Assembly (NCBI GenBank): GCA_011364905.1
Contig: RDNZ01000027.1
Span: 1 to 37,452 of the forward strand
Origin: Candidatus Thorarchaeota archaeon
Lineage (GTDB): Archaea; Asgardarchaeota; Thorarchaeia; Thorarchaeales; Thorarchaeaceae
Direction of reading: 5' to 3'
Length of the DNA: 37,452 nt
The translations under genes and the position numbers were made by a program. Within the stretch, counting starts at the first letter, position 1, and every line of letters starts with the position of its first letter. Positions 1 to 8,286 of this stretch are shown one piece after another. Under the pieces are notes generated by a model. It was not told the DNA's origin and did not search any database. It was given only the letters and a program-made list of their open reading frames with translations.

Positions 1-223
1 TCCAATGGTCTTGTATACTTCAGTTTCGGATGAGGGACCCCGTTATAAGGAATACGTACTATCCTAGGTTTACATTCACAAGTGAATCAAGACAAGTCGG
101 AATCATGTTCCAGAATCCAGTGATTTTCCCCAGTGATACAACATAGCTCCCTACGTAATCCTTTTATTAGTCCACTCTCGCTAACCGACTTAGTTTCTTC
201 AACAACTAAGGAGAGTAATCACG

Positions 224-538
224 ATCGGAAAAGAAAAGGCAATCGGCGCCCTTATCTTCATCATCGCCCTGCTGGTGCTAATATACTACACTTGGGGGCT
301 AGTCATACTTCAGATATTTCCAGGCCTCATGGATTGGGTTAACACACTTCCAGCCTCCATCCAGCCACTATTCGCTCCAAGCCCAGACTTCCTGGTACAA
401 CTACCGATTTACTTGGGTGTGGTTCTGATCATGGTAATTGCTATGTGGATTGGTTGGACAATGCTCACCACTCCGGCTCCAGAGCCACTCGAGGACTTCG
501 ACTTTGATGAAGAAGAAGTAGCCAAGACTAAAGAGTAA
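224..538 (+). CDS. Small two-TM membrane protein, DPM2-like (Dol-P-Man synthase regulatory subunit-like); start extended to a probable ATC codon
   Basis: The frame is open upstream of the ORF-track GTG (275) and adds (M)GKEKAIGALIFIIALL, which completes TM1. An in-frame TAG lies at 191-193 and an SD (AAGGAGAG) at 208-215. The IYYTW and VQLPIYLG...WIGWTMLTT motifs resemble eukaryotic DPM2 as recalled. ATC 218 is an alternative start. Confidence 0.7.
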   Translation: MGKEKAIGALIFIIALLVLIYYTWGLVILQIFPGLMDWVNTLPASIQPLFAPSPDFLVQLPIYLGVVLIMVIAMWIGWTMLTTPAPEPLEDFDFDEEEVAKTKE

Positions 539-558
539 TCATCAGAATATATCTACTC

Positions 559-580
559 GATAGGGCCGCAAGGCCCCATC
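559..580 (+). terminator. GC-rich hairpin with GNRA tetraloop after the DPM2-like gene
   Basis: GATAGGGCC-GCAA-GGCCCCATC, followed within 10 nt by TTTT. Confidence 0.5.
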
Positions 581-723
581 ATCTCATTTTCGCAAACATG
601 TTAGTCTATTGAAGATTGCCACTCCATCTATGGAGAGCTTTGTTGAATGAGTCAACTCCGAAACTGATGCAAGCAGGCTATGACTTAAGAACTGATGTAG
701 TATTCGAAACTCGGTGTTTTCAG

Positions 724-1263
724 ATGTCACTCTTTGGACGCTCAAAGAACCAAGACTACCAAAAAGCTGCAAAAATGTTGAAGGATGGCAAAGTAAGCGA
801 TGCTATCACAGAGCTTAGAGGCATCATCGAAAAGAATCCAAAACATGTCAACTCTCATGTGACACTTGCCGTTGCACTCATGGAGATACAAGAAAAACCA
901 ACAAAAGACAGCTCTCAGACTATAGAGGCGTTTGCGCATTTGGAAACAGCAGCGAAACTGAACCCCAAGGATCCGACCCCATACTTCAACATGGGTGTGA
1001 TGCTTAGAAGCTTGGGGCAACTTGAGGATTCTCTTGTGAATTTTGAAAGAGTACTGGAAATAGAAAAGCGGCACCCTCTTGCTTTGGCAAACATGGCTGA
1101 AATCAATTACGAGCTAGAACGTTGGGATGAGGCCATTCGACTTGCCAAACTGGCCTTGATAAGAGATCCCGGTCTTGAACCATCCATGGGATGGGTCAGA
1201 GTTGCGATGAGAAAAGCTGGGTTACTTGACCATGATGGTAACGTTATCCATCGATCTGAGTGA
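724..1263 (+). CDS. Tetratricopeptide repeat protein
   Basis: TPR consensus units (NPKHVNSHVTLAVAL, NPKDPTPYFNMGVML, HPLALANMAEINYEL). ATG 724, with GGTG upstream, is preferred over TTG 616. Confidence 0.85.
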   Translation: MSLFGRSKNQDYQKAAKMLKDGKVSDAITELRGIIEKNPKHVNSHVTLAVALMEIQEKPTKDSSQTIEAFAHLETAAKLNPKDPTPYFNMGVMLRSLGQLEDSLVNFERVLEIEKRHPLALANMAEINYELERWDEAIRLAKLALIRDPGLEPSMGWVRVAMRKAGLLDHDGNVIHRSE

Positions 1264-1320
1264 TGGCCCGTACGGCCTAAACAAAAGCCCCATAAATATT
1301 CGGTTTCATTAAAAGATACT

Positions 1321-1920
1321 ATGAGAAAAATAATCGTCATATCTATGATCACCCTAGATGGAGTGATGCAAGCACCTGGTGGGCCTGACGAAGATAAATC
1401 GGGAGGGTTCGAGTATGGCGGTTGGGTTGCGCCTTATGGTGACGAGGCTTATGGTAAGATTTTAGAAAGACAGTTTTGGACTAACCCTACAGACTATCTT
1501 TTGGGCAGAAAGACGTTTGAGATTTTTGCCAGCTACTGGCCTGAGCATGCAGACCTTTGGCAAGGAATTAATGATGGTACAAAATATGTAATGTCCAAGA
1601 CTATGAAAAAGTCAGAATGGAAAAACTCGGTATTCATCAAGAACTTGGCAGATATTAAAGAGCTCAAGAATTCGAAAGGTTCTGACATTCAGGTTCACGG
1701 CAGTGGTGAGCTCATTCAGCTGCTATTGAAGAATGACTTAGTGGACGAACTCTGGCTCAAAATTCACCCTTTGACCCTTGGCAAAGGAAAGAAGTTGTTT
1801 GACGATGGTACGATTCCGACAGCATTTACATTAATTGAGAGTTCTGTTACGCCAAGCGGAGTTATTATGGCCAATTACAAGCGAGCTGGAGAAGTCAAGA
1901 CAGGTACTGTTGAAGCTTAA
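1321..1920 (+). CDS. Dihydrofolate reductase family / RibD C-terminal domain protein
   Basis: MRKIIV..ITLDGVMQAPGG, LLGRKTFE, GSGELIQ.LL..DLVDEL.L.IHP.TLG.GK.LF motifs. TATA-like CATAAATA at 1291-1298 suggests a leaderless mRNA. Confidence 0.9.
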   Translation: MRKIIVISMITLDGVMQAPGGPDEDKSGGFEYGGWVAPYGDEAYGKILERQFWTNPTDYLLGRKTFEIFASYWPEHADLWQGINDGTKYVMSKTMKKSEWKNSVFIKNLADIKELKNSKGSDIQVHGSGELIQLLLKNDLVDELWLKIHPLTLGKGKKLFDDGTIPTAFTLIESSVTPSGVIMANYKRAGEVKTGTVEA

Positions 1921-1992
1921 GGCGGCAACCAGTTGTTACTCCTACACACTGTCAGTACGCAATGCTTAAATTGACACCTCGTGGGTTCTGCA

Positions 1993-2037
1993 CAGTTGTG
2001 AGTCGTCACAAGCGACTCCGTATATCACAATTGGTGA
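1993..2037 (+). promoter_or_regulatory. Structured 5' leader of uS19 (candidate autoregulatory r-leader)
   Basis: Overlapping inverted repeats: CAGTTGTGA/TCACAATTG, GAGTCG/CGACTC and TTGTGA-GTCG-TCACAA. SD GGTGA at 2033-2037; TATA-like CTTAAAT near 1965. Confidence 0.5.
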
Positions 2038-2044
2038 ATTCCCT

Positions 2045-2455
2045 ATGTCACAGAAAGGCGAACCTATGTACCGCGGATATCCCCTGTCGGAGCTGGTCAA
2101 GATGAATATGGACTCGCTCATCGAGCTGCTCCCAACACGCAGGAGAAGGACCCTCAAGCGCGGCTTGCCTCCACGTCAGAAGAAACTGCTCATGAAGCTT
2201 CGAGCGGCAAGGAAGCAGCAGAGGAAGGGAAAAGAGGTCGTCGTTCGCACGCATTGTCGCGACATGGTCATTTTGCCTGAGATGGTGGACCTCACTCTCG
2301 CCATTCACAACGGTAAGGACTTCACTAAGGTCAAGATCATTCCACAGATGATTGGACACGTCCTTGGAGAGTTCAGTATTACTACGAGACAGGTAAGGCA
2401 CGGAAATCCGGGAATCGGTGCTACAAAGTCCTCAGCCTATGTACCATTGAAATAA
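2045..2455 (+). CDS. rps19p: 30S ribosomal protein uS19 (archaeal S19P / eukaryotic S15 type)
   Basis: YRGY.L.EL..M, R.RR.L.RG, RTHCRDMVILPEMV, HNGKDF, MIGHVLGEFS.T, HG.PGIGATKSS.YVPLK. Confidence 0.97.
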   Translation: MSQKGEPMYRGYPLSELVKMNMDSLIELLPTRRRRTLKRGLPPRQKKLLMKLRAARKQQRKGKEVVVRTHCRDMVILPEMVDLTLAIHNGKDFTKVKIIPQMIGHVLGEFSITTRQVRHGNPGIGATKSSAYVPLK

Positions 2456-2479
2456 TAGCAGGGGAAAGTTATCCCTCTA
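2456..2479. terminator. Short hairpin between convergent uS19 and hppA
   Basis: TAG(C)AGGGGA...TCCCTCTA inverted repeat fills the 25-bp gap. Confidence 0.35.
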
Positions 2480-2480
2480 T

Positions 2481-4646
2481 CTAGAATAGTCCTACTAGCC
2501 ATAAATGCAGTTGTGCTATTATTGGTAGGAATAGAGTGGCGGTCAGCGAGATGACCACCAATAGTGTATTGATTGATGGACCTGCAGTATCTTTGAAAGG
2601 ATCACCCACCATGTCCCCGCGTACCGAGTTGCGATGTATCTGTTCATACCGCGGGTCACTGTGATCATACTCGGGTGACTCAATCATCTTCTTTGTATTG
2701 TCCCATGCTCCACCAGCGTTGCTCATGAGAAGGGCCATGATGAAACCAACTATCACTGCACCTCCAAGATAGCCACCCAAGGCCTCGAGTCCCAGAAAAA
2801 TGCCAGTCAGAATCGTGACGCCTATAGCTAGCAATGTGGATGGCATGAGCTCGCGAATGGCCCCAGAGGTGGCAATACTAATACATTTGTCATAGTCAGG
2901 TTTTGAGGTCCCGGCTAAGATACCTGGGTCTGATTGAAACTGCCTACGGATCTCCTTAATCATTCGTCCAGCATTACGGTCCACTCCTAGAATCAGCATG
3001 GCAGTAAATGTCACAGGAACGAGGGCACCTATGAATACACCAGACAGGATGAAGGGGTCTGAAATGTCAACGACGACTTCAGTGGCAATACCCTTGCCTA
3101 ACAAAAAGACCTCCGCAGATTCAATGAATGCTGCGAAGAGAGCTAGGACAGAGATTGCAGCAGAACCAATGGCAAATCCCTTTGTGATGGCCTTGGCTGT
3201 GTTTCCTGCGGCATCTAGCTTATCGCAAGCTATGATTGCCTCTTCACATTCTTCAGCCTGTTCGATAACGCCCCTCGCATTATCGACAATGGGACCATAG
3301 CTATCAGAACTCATGGTAAGACCATTTGTAGCAAGGAGACCAACAGCGGCTATTGCAACTGCGTAGATCCCACCTTCCCAACCACCTAGACCCATGGCTG
3401 TTGCGTTGTTACCGAGTACAAAGGCAGCTACCAGTGCCAAAACTACGCCCAAGACAGATGGAACAGCACTCAGCAACCCATAGGAATATCCTGAGAGAAT
3501 CAGGTTTGCTGTGCTTTTTTCAGCATTCTCCACCATGTTCTGGACTGGCTTGAATCCAAAGAGCCCTTTGTCATTAGTGAACACATCAGATGTGAATCCG
3601 ATGAAAACGCCGGCAAGCAGTCCAAAAATCGCTGAAAGAGAAATGGCTAGGTCAACTTCAAGCACATAGAGAACAACCAGCACTAAAGCCGCAAAGAGTA
3701 CGGTCGTGACGTACGTACCTCGATTGAGTGCCGGTCCTGGTTCATCCTTAGCGTTTGGCCGGACTAGAAACACGCCAACCACAGACGCAAGTGTGCCTAG
3801 ACCAGTGATCAACAGGGGTAGAAGGCCAAATACAATTGACGGATGAACAGTGACATCAATTGCAGCTCCGAGTAAAGCAGCAGCCAAGATTGCGGCTACA
3901 TTGCTGTCAAATATGTCAGCGCCGGTCCCTGCTACATCGCCCACATTATCTCCCACAGCATCTGCAACAGCGGCAGGATTACGGGGGTCATCCTCAGGGA
4001 TGTTCTGTTCTATCTTTCCAACAATATCTGCGGCCATGTCAGCAGTCTTTGTGAAGATTCCACCCCCAGCTTTCGCAAATAAGGCTACAGTGCTAGCGCC
4101 AAAGGAGAATCCTGTCAGGATTTCCCAGAGAGCTGTTTCTCGGAGAACATGAACACCAGTGAAGAATGTTTCAGGAAGGACTGTATTCCAAATCCAGTAC
4201 AGCAAGGAAAGACCTACGAGCGCGATTCCCGCAATCATGAGACCCATGACTGAACCAGCCCGAAAAGCAACCATGAATGCAGGATTAAGACCTCCTTCTG
4301 CAGCAGCGGCCGCAGTCCGACGGTTGGCCCGTGTGGCGATAACTAGACCAATGTATCCGGCACTCATACTTGCAAAAGACCCGAGGATGTATGAGATAGC
4401 AATTGGGATTCCCAAACTTCCAAATGCTAAAGCCATGACCACTGCTAACACAAGTGTAAAGATTGTCAGGATTCTATACTGAATCTTGATGAAAGAGTTG
4501 GCTCCCTCTTGAATCAGGTGGCTTACCTCTTTCATACGATCGTCGCCTTCATCTGCTTTCATGACCTTACGATATGTAAACAGAGCAACAAGTATAGCAA
4601 GAAGGCCGGACAAGAGTCCAGTTAATAGAAATAGATCGCCTGACAT
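2481..4646 (-). CDS. hppA: Membrane-integral ion-translocating pyrophosphatase, predicted K+-independent H+-PPase
   Basis: GGGIFTKTADMAADIVGKIE.NIPEDDPRN, GDNVGDVAG, YGPIVDNA.G, DAAGNTAKA, NAGGAWDN.KK, GDMVGDPFKDTAGP; many TM helices. Confidence 0.95.
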   Translation of the reverse strand: MSGDLFLLTGLLSGLLAILVALFTYRKVMKADEGDDRMKEVSHLIQEGANSFIKIQYRILTIFTLVLAVVMALAFGSLGIPIAISYILGSFASMSAGYIGLVIATRANRRTAAAAAEGGLNPAFMVAFRAGSVMGLMIAGIALVGLSLLYWIWNTVLPETFFTGVHVLRETALWEILTGFSFGASTVALFAKAGGGIFTKTADMAADIVGKIEQNIPEDDPRNPAAVADAVGDNVGDVAGTGADIFDSNVAAILAAALLGAAIDVTVHPSIVFGLLPLLITGLGTLASVVGVFLVRPNAKDEPGPALNRGTYVTTVLFAALVLVVLYVLEVDLAISLSAIFGLLAGVFIGFTSDVFTNDKGLFGFKPVQNMVENAEKSTANLILSGYSYGLLSAVPSVLGVVLALVAAFVLGNNATAMGLGGWEGGIYAVAIAAVGLLATNGLTMSSDSYGPIVDNARGVIEQAEECEEAIIACDKLDAAGNTAKAITKGFAIGSAAISVLALFAAFIESAEVFLLGKGIATEVVVDISDPFILSGVFIGALVPVTFTAMLILGVDRNAGRMIKEIRRQFQSDPGILAGTSKPDYDKCISIATSGAIRELMPSTLLAIGVTILTGIFLGLEALGGYLGGAVIVGFIMALLMSNAGGAWDNTKKMIESPEYDHSDPRYEQIHRNSVRGDMVGDPFKDTAGPSINTLLVVISLTATLFLPIIAQLHLWLVGLF

Positions 4647-4749
4647 GGTTGCTTCGAATTCTCGGATAAGAACAGCATTATAGACGTTCCTATTTGTTTC
4701 CTCAGACTGGGATGATTGCTTGTAGCAGCATTACCACAAAACGAGGGGG

Positions 4750-4834
4750 TGGTGAACACACAGGACGTCGTGGTAGGAGGGGGAGTTCTCGTATGAGGGC
4801 ATTGTCACGAAAAACAAAATCCGTGTGTTCACCA
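4750..4834. ncRNA. Candidate structured RNA (nested long hairpin) between hppA and the upstream gene
   Basis: Perfect 12-bp arms TGGTGAACACAC/GTGTGTTCACCA enclose two further nested stems. Confidence 0.4.
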
Positions 4835-4844
4835 GTGTTTTCAT

Positions 4845-5213
4845 CTACTCTTCAAGAACAAGATAGCCATGCATATCGTTGAGGCTATTGAGTTTTTGAC
4901 GCACTCTGGACGAGACCAGCTCAAGTTCAGATAGTCTGAATGATTCACCCATTTCTTTTTCTAACACTTGCCTGAATCTAGAGTTCAGGTAGTCGTCAAG
5001 CTCTTGTATTGATCTGAGAGTGACTTTCAGGCTCATTTGATTCGCACTATGTTGATACACCTCTATTCTTGCGTTAGTGTATGGTTCTTCGTTGCATAGC
5101 TCTTCCACTACTACTAGAGCACTCCTAATGTCATCCCACCCAGTCAAGGTCTTGTTAAGAAGAAGTAAGCCCTCAGTGTTGAGTGATGTTGGCGTGGCAA
5201 TATCCCTACACAT
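4845..5213 (-). CDS. Hypothetical protein (122 aa)
   Basis: ATG ORF filling the gap, globular composition, no motif recognised. Confidence 0.65.
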   Translation of the reverse strand: MCRDIATPTSLNTEGLLLLNKTLTGWDDIRSALVVVEELCNEEPYTNARIEVYQHSANQMSLKVTLRSIQELDDYLNSRFRQVLEKEMGESFRLSELELVSSRVRQKLNSLNDMHGYLVLEE

Positions 5214-5299
5214 TTTCCTGTCATACAGTCTGTTTGGAACGAGATAATCCTTAATCTCGGCGAGTCCGAGCTGTTTCGAGTAAAGTGTTTAGCATAAGG

Positions 5300-5941
5300 T
5301 CAGCTCCAGATAATTCCATCAAGATGGGGCTTTAGTCCCCTAGGCACCTTGGATTGGGACTTAAGTTTTGCATCTGCAGTCAGAGAAACTTCTTGATCGA
5401 TACCAAACTTAACTAAGTTCGGACAGCGAAAGAGTGATGAGACATCCACAGACCCGAGTTGATTCTTCTCAAGTGTTAAGTTTCTGAGTTTCTTGCATTT
5501 ACTGAGGATCGAAAGGTCTATGCTCTCTAGTCTGTTTTCATAAAGATGGAGCACCTTTAGATCTTTACAGTGCTCCAAAGGTGTAAGATCAATCGTTCTA
5601 ATTCTATTGAAAGAAAGTCCAAGATGCATCAAACTTGTGCAGCCTTTCAAAGGTGTCAAATCAATCAGCTCAATCTCATTACCACCTAATGATAGTTCGA
5701 GAAGCATTTTGCACTCATACAAAGGGGCTAAGTCAATACTCTGAATTTCATTCCCGGAGAGAGTTAATGCTTCGACATTGGAGAATTGATTTAAGACCGA
5801 TAGGTCAGTCGTACCAATTCGTCTGTCACTGAGGTCTATACTTGTAGCATTTGAAGGGAACCGTTCGACTATCTTCCCACCTTTCTTGGTCTCACTCCAG
5901 ATGGTTATCTCTTGCATTTTTGATTCATCCAGTGATATCAC
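5300..5941 (-). CDS. Leucine-rich repeat protein
   Basis: About six 22-aa LxxLxLxxNxIxxIDLxPLxxC repeats; SD GTGAGGT upstream of the GTG. Confidence 0.92.
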   Translation of the reverse strand: MISLDESKMQEITIWSETKKGGKIVERFPSNATSIDLSDRRIGTTDLSVLNQFSNVEALTLSGNEIQSIDLAPLYECKMLLELSLGGNEIELIDLTPLKGCTSLMHLGLSFNRIRTIDLTPLEHCKDLKVLHLYENRLESIDLSILSKCKKLRNLTLEKNQLGSVDVSSLFRCPNLVKFGIDQEVSLTADAKLKSQSKVPRGLKPHLDGIIWS

Positions 5942-6079
5942 AAACAGACCTCACTTATAATCTGGTACGTGTGGTAATACACCACAGCACATCTAATTGC
6001 GAGGCGAAAAGCAACTGCATTCAGCTGGAGTTATTTGGTGGATGTGTTGAGTTATTGTACGACTTACGGAGTTGGTTGA

Positions 6080-6409
6080 GTGAGTCTGAAAGGTCCACTT
6101 CGTGACAAGAAAGGCTACATCAGGACAGTTTTGGAACCGCTTGATATTACTCTACAAAGTCTGATGAACCGAACGACTGGCGATGCGATTTCTTACTACG
6201 ATATGATATGGGACACTCCATCAGCTGATTCAAGAACCGGAGAGATTGAGATTGTGCTTATGTCACGGTTCGATGACCTATTATTCAGGATAGTGAGTGA
6301 AAGCCTGACGAGTCAGAGGGTCGTTCGAAGGCTCACCAGTCGAACCACAAGAGTCTTTTTCAGACACACCGCAAGTCTGGAAGTTTCCATAGACACCTCG
6401 GCAGTATGA
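6080..6409 (+). CDS. Hypothetical protein (109 aa)
   Basis: Longest ORF in the gap, GGAG upstream, no motif recognised. Confidence 0.45.
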   Translation: MSLKGPLRDKKGYIRTVLEPLDITLQSLMNRTTGDAISYYDMIWDTPSADSRTGEIEIVLMSRFDDLLFRIVSESLTSQRVVRRLTSRTTRVFFRHTASLEVSIDTSAV

Positions 6410-6582
6410 GTATTTCATATGTATCTTTACTATGCTCAAATTGAATATTGCCTGAAACCATGAACCATGGAGAGATCTATTCAGAGTTGGATTAGGTCAG
6501 CAGGTGATATCCCTAAGCACCTCATTACAAGTGAAGAGCAAGGCTAGAGGAGGCGATCAGGCTCCACTCATGTATTGAGTTA

Positions 6583-8286
6583 TCAGTGGTTTTTCACAAG
6601 ATAGACAACTACTGCTATAGCTATAATGGCGACTCCAACGACGACTCCGAGGAGAAGAGGATTAAGAGGCTTCTGCGGAGCTCCTAGCGATAACATGAAC
6701 TCAGTGAATCCAGTGTAGTTGTTCCCAATGAAAATGCTTACCCCAGTGCTGTTCAAATCCTCTGAGAGTTCAATCGTTGCTTGACCTGTAAGAGACTGAC
6801 CACCACCCACGGCTATCACAGAATCAAGGGTAGTACCTGAACTATCAAGAATCGAAACACTCTCCCTGCTCCCAAGGCGAGGGCTTAAGCATTCGGTTCT
6901 AGTGGAGAAGGATAGACTTTCACCTGCACTTGTCCCGCCAGAGACACTTGATATTGTCACATCGAGCCGTGGAGTCATTTCAAGGAGATACTCAAAGGCG
7001 GGAGTCATGTCGGCCCAGAGTGGATCAATTCCCGCCTCCACTGGAGCAAAGTAGCCATAGATTCCCTTCCACTCGCGAATGATATGAGTGTCGTTATTCG
7101 AGATGATCACATGGGCCTCCGGCAGGTCTACTGACGCATTGTGGTATAGCTCGAGAGTTATGGGTACAGTGGTGCCGCGTTCATAATACATCCATCCCTC
7201 CCAGGCTCCACTTAGTCCAGATTCCAGTCTGTTCTCAGAGCCAATGTACCCGAGATACTCATTGAATCCATCTGGTAGAATATCTGCATAGTCTGTGGCC
7301 ATCCCATAGTAGAGAACAGGTTCAGTCCAAGCTTCGCTCGCATCAGTGGGAAAGTATGTAGCGTTTATTCCAGAGTGCAACGAGTATGCCATAGCAAACC
7401 GGTGATTCAATGCAAAGTCTCGGAAAGCCTGTGTTTCGGGCTCTGAGAATGGAGCACTTCCACAATAGACCTGGGTGATTGGATTCTGTAGGTCGGGGTC
7501 GTTTAGACCCCAGAAAACGGGATAGTTGCGGTTTAGATCGACAAGTCCAACCTCATCTTCATTCACTAATCCATCTCCGTCGTTGTCGATTCCTTCCCAA
7601 TACTCCCAATCATAGCTATTGATGCCGGGAACTTGTGTTGGATAGTCTTTTTCATAAACGAGGAAATCGGAGATAGCACCATCACCATTCACATCCTCAA
7701 CATCATCCTCAGAAAACAGCCCATCACCATCATTGTCGAAAGGTCTGAGATTCTTTCTTAGCCAATGGTTTCCGTCATTTACTACAATCTCGAGAGCGTC
7801 AGGATTGAGAGTGGGAATGATATAGATCTCCTCCGAGTCTACGTATTCAGTGATGGCATTATCAACCCCATAGTTATTGATCAAGTGTAATGCGAACCTG
7901 AGTGCCATCTCAACCGTGATTTGTTCTCTTCCGTGATGCTGGGCAACTACGAGGGTCTTAGCTTTCTGGATCGTGTTTAACTCGTTCGTGATGCGAAGAC
8001 ATGTTAGATTTCTTCCCTGATAGCTCTGTCCAATTACCTCAACATCGACAAGCTCAGGCACAAGACTTTGCATATTCTCAATCTCTTCGTCAACTTGGTC
8101 TGGATTATGGTATTGCCCATCGTAGAGAAGAGCCAATTGATCCCAGGTTCGAGTTACAGATGGCATTACTACTTTTTCGATGATTGGAACCAGTCCAGTT
8201 GGCTGCGACGCCATGACTTTCAAGGGAGCGACGGTCAGTGTGAGAAGGAGCGCGAGTAGTATGATTCGTGATTTGGTATGTGTGAT
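6583..8286 (-). CDS. Secreted, C-terminally anchored M14 zinc carboxypeptidase; start extended to a probable ATC codon
   Basis: HHGRE (HxxE), NPD, RKN, VDLNRNY, PFSEPET, SLHSG, TLELY motifs; three DxDGDG-type loops; C-terminal TM. The signal peptide THTKSRIILLALLLTLTVAP lies upstream of the ORF-track start, behind SD GAGGTGA. Confidence 0.9.
   Translation of the reverse strand: MTHTKSRIILLALLLTLTVAPLKVMASQPTGLVPIIEKVVMPSVTRTWDQLALLYDGQYHNPDQVDEEIENMQSLVPELVDVEVIGQSYQGRNLTCLRITNELNTIQKAKTLVVAQHHGREQITVEMALRFALHLINNYGVDNAITEYVDSEEIYIIPTLNPDALEIVVNDGNHWLRKNLRPFDNDGDGLFSEDDVEDVNGDGAISDFLVYEKDYPTQVPGINSYDWEYWEGIDNDGDGLVNEDEVGLVDLNRNYPVFWGLNDPDLQNPITQVYCGSAPFSEPETQAFRDFALNHRFAMAYSLHSGINATYFPTDASEAWTEPVLYYGMATDYADILPDGFNEYLGYIGSENRLESGLSGAWEGWMYYERGTTVPITLELYHNASVDLPEAHVIISNNDTHIIREWKGIYGYFAPVEAGIDPLWADMTPAFEYLLEMTPRLDVTISSVSGGTSAGESLSFSTRTECLSPRLGSRESVSILDSSGTTLDSVIAVGGGQSLTGQATIELSEDLNSTGVSIFIGNNYTGFTEFMLSLGAPQKPLNPLLLGVVVGVAIIAIAVVVYLVKNH

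Noticed and set aside
1-90. Minus-strand open frame running off the window (…IVRIPYNGVPHPKLKYTRPL)
   Set aside because: Too short, with no clear start, SD or recognisable motif; cannot be supported from this window.
1261-1323. The TPR gene's TGA is followed by 19 sense codons in frame with the DHFR-like gene (possible Sec/readthrough fusion)
   Set aside because: No redox-motif context, no recognisable SECIS, and the spacer contains a TATA-like box for the downstream gene; likely chance.
2998-4482. Long antisense ORFs within hppA (and similar ones inside the ABC, OPT, DUF58 and giant genes)
   Set aside because: Mirror frames of well-supported genes, with no independent coding signal.
6409-6583. 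Short ORF MERSIQSWIRSAGDIPKHLITSEEQG
   Set aside because: No SD, promoter or similarity support.
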